This document shows positions 25,386 through 37,996 of a stretch of DNA of 64,000 nt, piece by piece (position 1 is the first letter of the stretch; every line of letters begins with the position of its first letter). Under the pieces are notes generated by a model that ran no database searches, had not been told where the DNA came from, and saw only the letters and a list, made by a program, of their open reading frames with translations. Source of the DNA: Malacoraja senta (taxonomy: Eukaryota). A program made the position numbers and the translations under genes. Where the stretch lies: NCBI GenBank assembly GCA_038087875.1, contig JAXLNO010000259.1:124001-188000 (forward strand). The letters are read 5' to 3'.

Positions 25386-27962
25386 CATAGAAACATAGAA
25401 ACATAGAACATGGGTGCAGGAGGAGGCCATTCGGCCCTTCGAATCAGCACCGCCATTCATTGTAACCATGGCTGATCGTTCCCCAACAATAACCCGTGGC
25501 AGCCTTCTCCCCATAACCCTTGAGTCCACTAAACCGTAGAGCTCTATCTAACTCTCAATTAAATCCATTCAGTGACTTGGCCTCCACTGCCCCCTGTGGC
25601 AGGGAATTCAATAAATCCACAACTCTGAGTGAAAACGTTTTTTCTCACCTCAATTTTAAATGGTTTCCTCTTTATTCTAAGGCTGTGGCCCCCTGTTTGT
25701 GGACTCGCCCAACAGTGGGAACACTTTTCCTGCATCTAGCTTGTCCAGTCCTTTTCTAATTGTATATGTTTCAATAAGATTGCCCCTCATCCTTCTAAAC
25801 TCCAGTGAATACAAGTCTAGTCTTTTCATTCTAGCGACTTTGAGTCCTGAAAAGCGCTATATAAATAAAATCTATTATTATTATTATTATTCTTTCCTCA
25901 TATGACAGTCCCGCCATCCCAGGGATCAATCTCGTGAACCTATCACAAGGATGTCCTTCCTCAAATTAGGTGACCAAAACTGTACACAATACTCCAGATG
26001 TGGTCTCACCAGAGCCCTATACAACTACAGAAGAACCTCTTTAATCCTATACTGAAATACTCTTGTTATGAAGGCCAACAGTCCATTAGGTTTCTTCACT
26101 GCCTGCTGTACTTGTAAGCCAACTTTCAGTGACCGGTGTACAAGGAAGCCCAGTTCTCGCTGCACCTCCTGCTTACCTAACCTAACCCCATTGAGATAAT
26201 AATCTGCTCCCTTGTTTTTGCCGCCAAAGTGGATAAACTCACATGTATCTATATGATACTGCATCTGCCATGCATCTGCACACTCACTCAACCTGTCCAG
26301 GTCACCCTGCAGCGTCCTAACATCCTCTTCACAGCTCACACTGCCACCCAGCATTATGTCATCCGCAAACTTGATATTGTTGCTCCTAACTCCCTCTTCC
26401 AAATCATTAATATACATGGTAAACAGTTGCGGCCCCAACACCGAGCCTTGCGGCACTCCACACGCCACTGCCTGCCATTCTGAAAATAACCCGTTCACAC
26501 CTATACTTTGTTTCCGGCTTCCCAACCAATTTTCTATCCATGTCAACATCCTACCCCCAATACCATGTGCTCTAATTTTAGTCGCCAGTCTCCTGTGCGG
26601 GACATTGTCAAAGGCTTTCTGAAAGTCTAGATACACTACATCCACTGGCACCCCTTCGTCCATTTTACTTGTCACATCCTGAAAAAAATCCAGAAGATTA
26701 GTCAAACATGATTTCCCTTTCATAAATCCATGTTGGACTACTCCTTTTACTGCTATCCAAATGCCCTATTATTACCTCTTTAATAATTGACACCAGCATC
26801 TTTCCCACCTTTGAAGTCAGGCTAACTGGTCAGTAATTCCCCGTTTTCTCTCTCGCTCCTTTCTTGAAAAGAGGGAGATCATTAGCTATCCTCTAATCCA
26901 AAGGAACGAATCCAGAATCTATTGAACGTAGCAAAATGATCTCCGATGCGTCCACTATTTCTAGAGCCACCCCCTGATGACCCTGGGTTGCAGTCCATCA
27001 GGTCCAGGGTTTATCATCCTTCAGTCCCATTAGTCTACCCAATACTGTTTCTCGCCTAATGAAAATTTATTTCAGTTCCTCTACCCCCTTAGATCGTCTG
27101 TCCTCCAGTTCATCTGGGAGATTGTTTGTGTCTTCCTTAGTGAAGACAGATCCGAAGTACCTATTCAACACTTCTGCCATTTTCTTGTTGCCTATAATAA
27201 TATCACCCGTGTCTGACTTCAAGGGACACACATTTGACTTTGCTACTCTTTTTCCCTTAACATGTCTAAATAAGCTTTTACTGTCCTTCTTTATATTCCT
27301 GGCCAGCTTCCCTTCCTACTTCATCTTTCAGCCCGTATTGCCCGTTTTGTTTCCTTCTATTGTCCTATAAAAGTTTCCCCAAACTCTTGCTTCCGGCTAC
27401 TCTTTGCTGTGTTATACATCTTTTATTTTAGTTATATTCTATCCCTAACATCGCTGGTCAACCACGGTTGCCTCGTACTCCCCTTAGAATCTTTCTTCCT
27501 TTTTAGAATGAAATGTTCCTGCGCCTTCCGGATTATGCTCCGAAATTCCTGTCATTGCTGTTCCACCGTCATTCCTGCTAGGATCCCTTTCCAGTCTACC
27601 CAGGCCAGCTTCCCTCTCATGCCTCCATAGTCCCATTTGTTCAACTGCATCACTGACACTTCAGATTTAAAATTATCCTTCTCAAATTGCAGGTTAAAAC
27701 TAATCATATTATGATAACTATCTCCAAGCGGTTCCTTTACCTTGAGTTATCTTTATCATATCTGGTTCATTGGACAACACTAAATCCAGAATTGTCTTTT
27801 CTCTGGTCGGCTTCATTACAAGCTGCTCTAAGAATCCATCTCGGAGGCATTCTACAAACTCTCTTTCTTGGGGTCCTGAACCAACCTGACTTTCCCAGTC
27901 TACCTGCATATTTAAATCCCCATCACCACAGTGGCATTAACTTTGTTACATGCCAGTTTTAA
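25386..27962 (-). mobile_element. CR1 (EN/RT), decayed
   Basis: 232-aa RT fragment at 26025-26723; (GAAACATA)n tail. Confidence 0.88.
25830..25890 (+). mobile_element. Short L2-like/SINE 3' end with a (TAT)n tail
   Basis: aaagcgctatataaataaaatc(tat)n interrupting the CR1. Confidence 0.5.
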
Positions 27963-28262
27963 CAGATTTCTTCTCATCAGAGCTGTGGCCTGTCCCGCTG
28001 AATCACCTTAGCATTATTTGTCTGTCTTCTGTATATCACAGCATCTACAGTGCCTTCCTACAAATCATGTTTAAAGTGGGGCCTATTAGTGAACCAGTGC
28101 GACATACCAGTTCGATGTATTACTCCATTACAGGAGCTTCCGTGGCGTGTCTCTGGTGCTCGTAAAAGAGTCAGTAAAAAGAAATACTAAATAGATTACG
28201 GATTCGACCATTATCTACTAATATTAACAGCCATTCTAACAATCTGAAGCAGCCCCATTCAA

Positions 28263-30148
28263 TCCTAACCTAACCCAATACATTTATATGTTTCAATAAG
28301 ATCTCCCCGCATCCTTCTAAACACGAGTGAATACAACCCTAGTCTTTTCAAACTTTCCTCATATGTCTGTTCCGCCCATGCATCAATCCCGTGAACGTAC
28401 GCTGCACTGCCTCAATCACAAGGATGTCCTTCCTCAAATTAGGAGACCAAAACTGTACACAATACTCCAGATGTGGTGTTACCAGAGCCCAATACAACTG
28501 CAGAAGAATATCTCTACTCCTATACTGAAATCCGCTTGTTATGAGTACTTCCGGCTCTACACCCTTGAGGATGCCCTGCAATCGGTCTGTGACGTCCTGC
28601 AACCAGGCACCAGGAAGGCAACACGCCATCCTTGAATCACGCCTGTTGTCGCAGGAACCCCTGTCTGTATCTCACACTATTTAGTCCCCTACTACCACGG
28701 CCCTGCCTGACGTATGTGTCTTCGGCTTTATCGTCTTTACCGCAGCCTCCGAGAGCGTGAACGTGTTTTCAACAGGTACACCCCCCGGGGTCACCTGTAC
28801 ACCAAACACCCTTCCTTTCCTCATCGTCTAAACACTTCCGATATCTTCAATGTAAAGATGGTAGTTCCTGCCCGGTAAACTATTTCTTATGATGAACCCG
28901 AGGTCATCAAGTTGCCTCCCCATTGCCAGAACACCGTGCTTCCGGAGCTGAACATGGACACACTTTCCACAGTTTTACCAGCCAGAGGCACCAGCGGTGT
29001 CCCTGACCTCCCACATCCTGCAAACTTCACACTGAATGGTCTGGTTCCTTGTTGTACAACACTAATATAGCTCTATGGAGTTCTCGACATTTTTCTCCTT
29101 ACATCCACTTTTCCAAATATCAGGTTCTATAAGGCGCTGGTCAGAACGAATTTCAAGTTCAAGTTTCCTTTATTGTCATTCAGACCTTTCGGTCTGAACG
29201 AAATTGTGATGCCTGCAGTCATACACAGAACCAATAATAACAAAACATACAATAAACACAAATTAAACATCCACCACAGTGAGTTCACCAAGCACATCCT
29301 CACTGTGATGGAGGCAAAGTCTTAGTCTCCGTCTCTTCCCTCCTTGTTCTCCCTCTGCGCTGAGGCGATCGATCCAGGCCGAAGATGCCGCCCTCCAATC
29401 CAGCGGACTTCCGTGTTGATGTCGCCGCCACCAAAAGCCGGAACGCCGTCTCCGCTCCGAGACGGCCCGCCACAGCATCAGCCCCGGGCCGCCGCCCCAG
29501 CTCCGGGTCCCGCAGTCTCCGCTCCGAGACGGCCTGCCACAGCATCAGCCCCGGGTCCCGAGCAAATATGGGTTCCTCAGCTGATCAGTCATGACCTACT
29601 ATTACTACCTACTATTAGCTGAGAAAGTATTACCTACTATTAGCTGAGGGACCAGAAGAGGTTTAGAAGAACGATGCCAGCCATTAGTGGGTTAACATAT
29701 AATGAGTGTTTGACGGAGTCAATATACACGCTAGGGGGAGGCACACGTATCGGAAGGGAAAAGTGTCACCGCCCTGTTGTCCTTTTGTTCGATGCGATCA
29801 TTGAAAGCTCTCTGTGCATCGGGCAGTCATAGAAACATGGAAACAAAAAAATAGGTGCAGGAGGTGGCCATTCGGCACTTCGAGCCAGCACCGCCACTAA
29901 TTGTGATCATGGCTGATCGTCCCCTATCAATAACCCGTGCCTGCCTTCTCCCCATATCCCTTGTGTCCACAGCCCCTAGAGCTCTATCTAACGCTCTCTT
30001 AAATCCCTGTGGCAGGGAATTCCATAAATTCACAAATCTCTGTGTGAAAACGTTTTTTCTCACCTCAGTCTTAAATGACCTCCCCATTATTCCAAGACTG
30101 TGGCCCCTGCTTCTGGAATCGCCACACATTGGGAAAAATGTTCCTGCA
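28263..30148 (-). repeat. Third copy of the deleted-CR1 block plus a CR1 3' end
   Basis: Colinear with 13435-14962. Confidence 0.8.
29152..29558 (-). mobile_element. Non-autonomous retroposon with a (TTGAAC)n-like tail and an internal GC-rich repeat
   Basis: Absent from the other two block copies. ttcaagttcaagtttcctttattgtca end; gtctccgctccgagacggcc.gccacagcatcagccccggg occurs twice. Confidence 0.55.
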
Positions 30149-31005
30149 TATCACCATTTATGTTGCTTGATATCGCTTTGCTGCCAGTTATCTTATTCAG
30201 ATATTACCACTTTCTCAGTGTGTCCCAATGATTATACTAGGACTGAGGCTTGTCCCGGTATTATTTCTATCATCCTTAATGGCTTTCCGGTGAAAATAGC
30301 TGGCCTTCTTGTACAGTTCTGCCTTTGGCCATTGTCATTGCATATGCTGCCGGACCAGCTGAGTATTCCATCACTCAGTCTTGTCGTAACGTAAAACTAG
30401 TTAAATTTTCTTGATGAATTGTATTTGCAAATGGTGGCGCTTCGATCCAGCCGGTCCACCCCGTATAATATACCCCATCACTTTTGTCTGCGTTTGGCAG
30501 ATATCCATCTCAATCATTCCAATCCATGTGCCTGTTCAATTTTATTGTAAATGTTATTATTGTGCAATGTACCGAACGCCCTTCGTGCGAAACCGTTGTC
30601 AATCGTGTCCCAAATAAATCACCCCACCCCAACTTAAACGTATTTGAATTGTTCTTATTTCGCACACTTTCTTTAACCTTTAACCTTTATAACGTTAGAA
30701 CCTTAATTTTTAACCTACACACCACTACACGATCACCTATTCACGCTTATACGATCACCTTTTGCATTTATACCCTGGAAGTTGTCACCTAATAATAGTT
30801 CCTATGTTTTCCATAGTCCTCCAATTGAGACTCTCCCGTAAAAAACGATTGCTCGAACGGAATTATACCTAACATTTATATAATAGAATGAAATAGCTGA
30901 CGAACATTTATTAATTGGTACAGTTATTCATCGAATTGCTTTCCATGGACAGTTTATAGTGAGCTGAAGAGCGGGCTGGTGTTCGCGTGGAAGATTCCAT
31001 CATTC

Positions 31006-31117
31006 CTAACGTGGCTTGCAGCACTTGTTATCTCCAGAACACCGCAAACGTAACGCCACCTTTGCGGGTAAATACACATGGGTCTGCAATATGCTCCTCT
31101 GAGTTTGCATTTTCTCG
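31006..31117 (-). pseudogene. Beta-defensin-like copy 3, mature-peptide exon with a 1-nt deletion
   Basis: 112 nt instead of 113. Corrected reading RKCKLRGAYCRPMCIYPQxVALRLRCSGDNKCCKPR*. Acceptor attatttttcag; AATAAA at 30912-30907. Confidence 0.85.
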
Positions 31118-31768
31118 CTGAAAAATAATCATTTTCAAAAATCCAATGAAAGTTAGGTGAATCTATAAAGAATTATACCCTGCTTTGATGTATAATGCTT
31201 TGTGCCGTTTATTGCACTGTTCCAGGTGACCATCAGTTCTGATATTAAGACCATCAGATCTGATATTCACTGCATCCCATACAGCAAACTTTTTCCTAAT
31301 TCACACATAATTCTCAACAAATTAAGAAGGAAATCTCATAGGTTTATAATGGACATCACGCATTCACCCTTGTGCACTGCACTTTGCGCAAGGCCGACAG
31401 GATTGGGAACTTGAACGTTTTTTCAGCAATATCTGCCCAATGTCGAGATAGACACGAAATGCAGGAGCAACTCAGTGTGTAGGAGGGTCTCAACCCGAAA
31501 CTCCACCCGTTTATTCTTTCCAGAAATGCGACCTTTCCCGCGGGGCATTTTGTGTATATCTCCACTTTGGTCAGATATTGGGGACCAAACGTCCAAATTC
31601 CCAATCCTGGCTGCCTCTCGCGAAGTGCACAAGGGTTTATTCGTGATATAACCATATAACCATATAACCATATAACCATAACAGCACGGAAACAGGCCAT
31701 CTCGGCCCTTCAAATCCGTGCCGAACATTTTTTTTTAATTTTTTTTAATTAAAAATAAATACTTCCCC

Positions 31769-34534
31769 CTAGTCCCATCTACCTGCACTCAGACCATAAC
31801 CCTCCATTCCTTTCCCGTCCATATACCCATCCAATCTATTTTTAAAGGATAACATCGAACCTGCCTCCACCACTTCCACTGGAAGCTCATTCCACACAGC
31901 TACCACTCTCTGAGTAAAGAAGTTCCCCCTAATGTTCCCCCTAAACTTCTGTCCCTTAATTCTCAAGCCATGTCCCCTTGTTTGAATCTTCCCTACTCTC
32001 AATAGGAAAAGCTTATCCACGTCCACTCTGTCTAACCCGCTCATAATTTTAAAGACCTCTATCAAGTCCCCTCTTAACCTTCTGCGCTCCAAAGAATAAA
32101 GACCTAACTTGTACAACCTTTTTCTGTAACTTAGTTGCTGAAACCCAGGCAACATTCTAGTAAATCTCCTCTGTACTCTCTCTATTTTGTTGACATCCTT
32201 CCTATAATTAGGCGACCAAAATTGTACTCCATACTCCAGAATTGGCCTCACCAATCCCTTGTACAATTTTAACATTACATCCCAACTTCTATATTCAATG
32301 CTCTGATTTATAAAGGCCAGCACACCAAAAGCTTTCTTTACCACCCTATCTACATGAGATTCCACCTTCAGGGAACTATGCACAGTTATTCCTAGATCCC
32401 TCTGTTCAACTGCATTCCTCAATTCGCTACCATTTATCGTGTACGTCCTATTTTGATTTGTCCTGCCGAGATGTAGCACCTCACATTTGTCAGCATTAAA
32501 CTCCATCTGCCATCTTTCAGCCCACTCTTCCAAATGGCCTAAATCTCCCTGTAGACTTTGTAAATCTACTTCATTATCCACAACACCACCTATCTTAGTA
32601 TCATCTGCATACTTACTAATCCAATTTTCCACACCATCATCCAGATCATTGATGTACATGACAAACAACAGTGGACCCAACACAGACCCCTGAGGCACGC
32701 CACTAGTCACCGGCCTCCAACCTGACAAACAGCCATCCACCATTACTCTCTGGCATCTCCCATTCAGCCACTGTTGAATCCATCTTGCTACTCCACCATT
32801 AATACCCAACAATTGAATCTTCTTAACCAACCTTCCATGAGGAACCTTGTCAAAGGCCTTACTGAAGTCCATATTGACAACATCCACTGCTTTACCCTCA
32901 ACAATTTCCCTAGTAACCTCTTCGAAAAATTCAAGAAGATTAGTCAAGCATGACCTCCCAGGCACAAATCCATGTTGACTGTTCCTAATCAGACCCTGCT
33001 TATCCAGATGCTTATATATATTATCTTTAAGTATCCTTTCCATTAATTTGCCCACCACTGACGTCAAACTAACAGGTCTATAATTGCTAGGTTTACTCTT
33101 CGAACCATTTTTAAACAACGGAACAACATGCGCAGTACGCCAATCCTCCGGCACTATTCCCGTTTCTAATGACATTTGAAATATTTCTGTCATAACCCCT
33201 GCTATTTCTACACTAACTTCCCTCAATGTCCTAGGGACTATCCTGTCAGGACCTGGAGACTTATCCGTTTTCATATTTTTCAAAAGTGTCCGCACCTCCT
33301 CTTCTTTGAATCTCACAGTTTCCATTGCTACTCTGCTTGTTTCCCTTACCTCACATAATTCCATATCCTTCTCCTTCGTGAATACCGAAGAAAAGAAATT
33401 GTTCAATATCTCTCCCATCTCTTTTGGCTCTGCAGATAGCTGTCCACTCTGACTCTCTAATGGACCAATTTTATTCCTTGTTATCCTTTTGCTATTCATA
33501 TAGCTGTAGAAACCCTTTGGATTTACTTTCGCCTTACTTGCCAAAGCAACCTCATATCTTCTTTTAGCTTTTCTAATTTCTTTCTTAATATTCTTTTTAC
33601 ATTCTTTATACTCCTCAAGCACCTCATTTACTCCATGCTGCCTATAATTATTGTAGATCTCTCTCTTTTTCCGAACCAAGTGTCCAAATTCCCTTGAAAA
33701 CCATGGCTCTTTCCATTTTTTACTATTTCCTTTCAACCGAACAGGGACATAAAGATTCTGTACTCTTAAAATGTCACCCTTAAATGTACTCCATTTTTCT
33801 TCTACATCCTTCCCATAAAACAACATGTCCCAATTCACTCCTTTTAAATCCTTTCGCATCACCTCAAAGTTAGCCTTTCTCCAAACAAAAATCTCAACCC
33901 TAGGTCCAGTTCTGACCCTCTCCATAATTATATTGAAACTAATGGTATTGTGATCACTGGACCCGAAGTGCTCCCCGACGCATACCTCCGCCACCTGCCC
34001 TGTCTCATTTCCTAACAGGAGGTCCAGCACTGCCCCTTCTCTAGTAGGTACCTCTATGTATTGCTGCAAAAAACTATCTTGCACACATTTTACAAACTCC
34101 AAACCATCCAGCCCTTTTACAGAATGTGTTTCCCAGTCTATGTGTGGAAAATTGAAATCTCCCACAATCACTACCTTGTGCTTACTACTAATATCTGCTA
34201 TCTCCTTACATATTTCCTCTTCCAATTCTCGCTCCCCATTTGGCGGTCTATAATACACCCCTATAAGTGTTGCTACACCTTTCCCATTTCTCAGTTCCAC
34301 CCAAATAGCCTCCCTAGACGAGCCTTCTAATCTATCCTGCCAAAGCACTGCTGTAATGTCTTCCTTGACAAGCAATGCAACACCCCCACCTCTTGCCCCT
34401 CCAATTCTATCACCCCTGAAGCAACGAAATCCTGGAATATTTATTTGCCAATCACAGCCCTCCTGCAACCATGTTTCACTGATCGCCACAACATCATACT
34501 TCCAGGTGTCAATCCAGGCTCTAATCTCATCCAC
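31769..34534 (-). CDS. CR1 ORF2: APE endonuclease plus reverse transcriptase
   Basis: SETWL, YRPP, GDFN, SDH, DFSKAFD, GVPQGSVLGP and YADD motifs, with no stops. Confidence 0.93.
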   Translation of the reverse strand: MDEIRAWIDTWKYDVVAISETWLQEGCDWQINIPGFRCFRGDRIGGARGGGVALLVKEDITAVLWQDRLEGSSREAIWVELRNGKGVATLIGVYYRPPNGERELEEEICKEIADISSKHKVVIVGDFNFPHIDWETHSVKGLDGLEFVKCVQDSFLQQYIEVPTREGAVLDLLLGNETGQVAEVCVGEHFGSSDHNTISFNIIMERVRTGPRVEIFVWRKANFEVMRKDLKGVNWDMLFYGKDVEEKWSTFKGDILRVQNLYVPVRLKGNSKKWKEPWFSREFGHLVRKKREIYNNYRQHGVNEVLEEYKECKKNIKKEIRKAKRRYEVALASKAKVNPKGFYSYMNSKRITRNKIGPLESQSGQLSAEPKEMGEILNNFFSSVFTKEKDMELCEVRETSRVAMETVRFKEEEVRTLLKNMKTDKSPGPDRIVPRTLREVSVEIAGVMTEIFQMSLETGIVPEDWRTAHVVPLFKNGSKSKPSNYRPVSLTSVVGKLMERILKDNIYKHLDKQGLIRNSQHGFVPGRSCLTNLLEFFEEVTREIVEGKAVDVVNMDFSKAFDKVPHGRLVKKIQLLGINGGVARWIQQWLNGRCQRVMVDGCLSGWRPVTSGVPQGSVLGPLLFVMYINDLDDGVENWISKYADDTKIGGVVDNEVDLQSLQGDLGHLEEWAERWQMEFNADKCEVLHLGRTNQNRTYTINGSELRNAVEQRDLGITVHSSLKVESHVDRVVKKAFGVLAFINQSIEYRSWDVMLKLYKGLVRPILEYGVQFWSPNYRKDVNKIERVQRRFTRMLPGFQQLSYRKRLYKLGLYSLERRRLRGDLIEVFKIMSGLDRVDVDKLFLLRVGKIQTRGHGLRIKGQKFRGNIRGNFFTQRVVAVWNELPVEVVEAGSMLSFKNRLDGYMDGKGMEGYGLSAGRWD

Positions 34535-34717
34535 CTTTCTTACAATGCTCCTAGCATTAAAATATACACATTTAAGAAACCCACCACCACTTATTCTCTG
34601 TTTATTATATTTTTCTTCTTTCTCCCCTACATTTTGGGTCCGAGTGCTTCCCTTCTCTGCCTCCTGCCTCCCACATTTTCCACTAGCTTTCTTATTTGAA
34701 TCCCTCCCCCAACCGTT

Positions 34718-35377
34718 CTAGTTTAAAGTCTCCCCAGTAGCCTTTGCAAATCTCCCCGCCAGGATATTGGCCCCCCTCGGGTTCAAGTGCAACCCGTCCT
34801 TTCTGTACAGGTCACACCTTCCCCAAAAGAGGTCCCAATAATCCAGAAATTTGAATCCCTGCCCGCTGCACCAGTTCCTCAGCCACGCATTTATCCTCCA
34901 CCTCACTCCATTCCTACTCTCACCATCGCGTGGCACAGGTTGTAATCCTGAGATTGTTACCTTTGTAGTCCTTCTCCTTAACTCTCCTCCCAACTCCTTA
35001 AATTCTCCTTTCAAGACCTCTTCTCTTTTTCTACCTATGTCATTGGTACCTATATGTACCACAACCTCAGGCTCCTCTCCCTCCGATTTCAGGATATCTT
35101 GGACGCGTTCAGACACATCCCTGACCCTGGCACCAGGGAGGCAAACTACCATCCGGGTCTCCTGACTGCGTCCACAGAATCGCCTATCCGACCCCCTAAC
35201 CATAGACTCCCCTATTACTATTGCCCTCCTCTTCTTTTCCCTACCCTTCTGAGCAATAGGGCTGGTCTCTGTGCCGGAGGCCCGGCCGCTGTTGCTACCC
35301 GCAGGAAGGCTGTACCCCTCAACAGTACTCAAACAGGAGTACTTATTTTCAAGCTGTACAGCCACCGGGGTACTCAC
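34718..35377 (-). CDS. CR1 ORF1 C-terminal SGNH/GDSL esterase domain
   Basis: VIGESMVRG (GDS changed to GES), HIGTND and DGLH motifs. Confidence 0.85.
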   Translation of the reverse strand: MSTPVAVQLENKYSCLSTVEGYSLPAGSNSGRASGTETSPIAQKGREKKRRAIVIGESMVRGSDRRFCGRSQETRMVVCLPGARVRDVSERVQDILKSEGEEPEVVVHIGTNDIGRKREEVLKGEFKELGGELRRRTTKVTISGLQPVPRDGESRNGVRWRINAWLRNWCSGQGFKFLDYWDLFWGRCDLYRKDGLHLNPRGANILAGRFAKATGETLN

Positions 35378-35528
35378 TAGTCCCTGCCTCTGCCCCTTGC
35401 CCTTCCTAACCGTGACCCGCTAACCATATCCAGTATAGCCTTCCATCGAACCTTCGTTTTAATTGTAGAGAATAATGTGTGAACGATGAATGATTGGTGT
35501 ATGGAATGGAGTCGATTTAACATGATAT

Positions 35529-37462
35529 AGAAACATAGAAACATAGAAAATAGGTGCAGGAGTAGGCCATTCGGCCCTTCGAGCACGCACCTCAATTCAA
35601 CATGATCATGGCTGATCATCCAACTCAGTATCCCGTACTTGCCTTCTCTCGATACCCCCTGATCCCCTTAGCCACATCGGTCACATCTAACTCACTCTTA
35701 AATATAGGCAATGAACTGGCCTCAACTACCTTCTGTGGCAGAGAATTCCAGAGATTCACCACTCTCTGTGTGAAAAATGTTTTGCTCATCGCGGTCCTAA
35801 AACACTTCCCCCTTATCTTTAAACTGTGACCTCTTGTTCTGGACTTCCCCAACACCGGGAACAATCTTCCTGCATCTAGCCTGTCCAACCCATTAAGAAT
35901 TTTGTAAGTTTCTATAAGAGCCCCCCTCAATCTTCTAAATTCTAGCAAGTACAAGCCGAGTATATCCAGTCTTTCTTCATATGAATGTCCTGATATCCCA
36001 GGAATCAGTCTGGTGAACCTTCTCTGTACTCCCTCTATGGCAAGAATGTCTTTCCTCAGATTAGGAGACCAAAACTGTAGGCAATACTCCAGGTGTGGTC
36101 TCACCAAGACCCTGTACAACAGCAGTAGAACCTCCCAGCTCCTATACTCAAATGCTTTTGCTATGATGTTGCTACATACCATTCGCTTTCTTCACTGCCT
36201 GCTGTATCTGCATGCCTATTTTCAATGACTGGTGTACCATGACACCCATGTCACGTTGCATCTCCCCTTTTCCTAATCGGCCACCATTCAGATAATAGAC
36301 GACTTTACTGTTTTTCCCACCAAAGTGGATAACCTCACATTTATCCACATTATACTGCATCTGCCATGCATTTGCCCACTCACCCAACCTAACCAAGTCA
36401 CCTAGCAGCCTCCCAGCATCCTCCTAACAGCCATCACTGCCCCCCCCCCAGCTTCGTGTCATCCGCAAACTTGGAGATGTTGCATTCAATTCCCTCGTCC
36501 AAACCATTAATATATATTGTAAACAGCTGGGTTACCAGCCTTGCGGTACCATACTAGTCACTGCCTGCCATTCTGAAAATGACCCGTTTATTCCTACTCT
36601 TTGCTTCCTGTCTGCCAGTCAGTTCTCTATCCACATCAATACTTAACCCCCAATACCGTGTGCTTTAAGTTTGCATACTAATCTCTTATGTGGGACCTTG
36701 TCGAATGCTTTCTGAAAGTCCAGATATAACACTACCACTAGTTCTCCTTTATCCACTCTACTAGTTACATCCTCGGAAAATTCTATAAGATTCTTCAGAC
36801 ATGATTTACCTTTCATAAATCCATGCTGACTTTGTCCAATGATTTCACTACTTTCCAAATGTGCTGCTATTCCATCTTCAATAACTGACTTTAGCAGTAT
36901 CCCCACTACCGATATTAGATTAACTGGTCTGTAATTCCCCGTTTTCTCTCTCCCTCCCTTTTTAAAAAGTGGGCTTACATTAGCTACCCTCCAACACTCA
37001 GGAACTACTCCAGAATCTAAAGAATTTTGAAAAATTATCACTAATGCATCCAATATTTCTGGGGCTACTTCCTTATGTAGTCTGGGATGCAGCCTATCTG
37101 GCCTGGGGATTTATCGGCCTTTAATCCATTCAATTTACCTAACACCACTTCCCGGCTAACCTGGATTTCACTCAGTTCCACCTCATTTGTACCCCGTTCC
37201 CCTGCTATTTCCGGCAGATTATTTATGACTTCCTCAGTGAAGACAGAACCAAAGTAGTTATTCAATTGGTCTGCCTTGTCTTTGTTCCTCATGATCAATT
37301 CATCAGTTTCTGACTGCAAGGGACCTACATTTGTTTTATCTAATCTTTTCCCTTCACGTATCTATAAGAACTTTTGCAGTCAGTTTTTATGTTCCCTGCC
37401 AGTATTTTTCATAATCTATTTTCCCTTTCCTAATTAGTCCATTTGTCCTCCACTGCTGGATG
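35529..37462 (-). mobile_element. CR1 in the defensin copy 3 intron (same insertion as in copy 2)
   Basis: Same boundaries and the same MVCSxIIAK lesion as 16522-23809. Confidence 0.88.
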
Positions 37463-37996
37463 CTCATTCTTAATTGTAGAGAATAATGTGTGAACGATGA
37501 AACTGATTGGTGTATGGAATGGAGTGGATTTAACATGATATCTCATTGATCTTCAGTCAGAAAAGCGGTCTCGATCGGAAACTTCACCCTTTTCTTCTCA
37601 TCAGAGCTGTGGCCTGTCCCGCCGGGTCACCTTAGCAATATGTGTCTGTCTTTTGTATATCACAGCATCAACAGTTCCTTCCTACACATCCTGTTCAAAG
37701 TGGGGACTATTAGAGAACCATTGCGATTTATCACTTTGATGTATTACTCCATTACAGGAGCTTCCGTGGCGTGTCTCTGGGGCTCGTAATACACTCGGAA
37801 AAAATAAATAATAAATAGTTTACGGATTCGACCATTATCTACTAATATTAGCAGCCATTCTAACAATCTGAACCAGCACCATTCAAGCATTTATCTTAAT
37901 GGACCGACCGTAGAAGAGGACAGGTTTAAATCAATGGATTGGTACCGCTGCTATCGACTGATTTGAAAACACACACACTAGTATGCAGCAACGTAC

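Larger units (their letters stand above)
31647..35422 (-). mobile_element. Young CR1 with the 3' part of ORF1 and an uninterrupted ORF2, in the defensin copy 3 intron
   Basis: 219-aa SGNH ORF and 921-aa EN+RT ORF; (ATAACCAT)n tail; host intron sequence resumes at about 35426. Confidence 0.95.
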
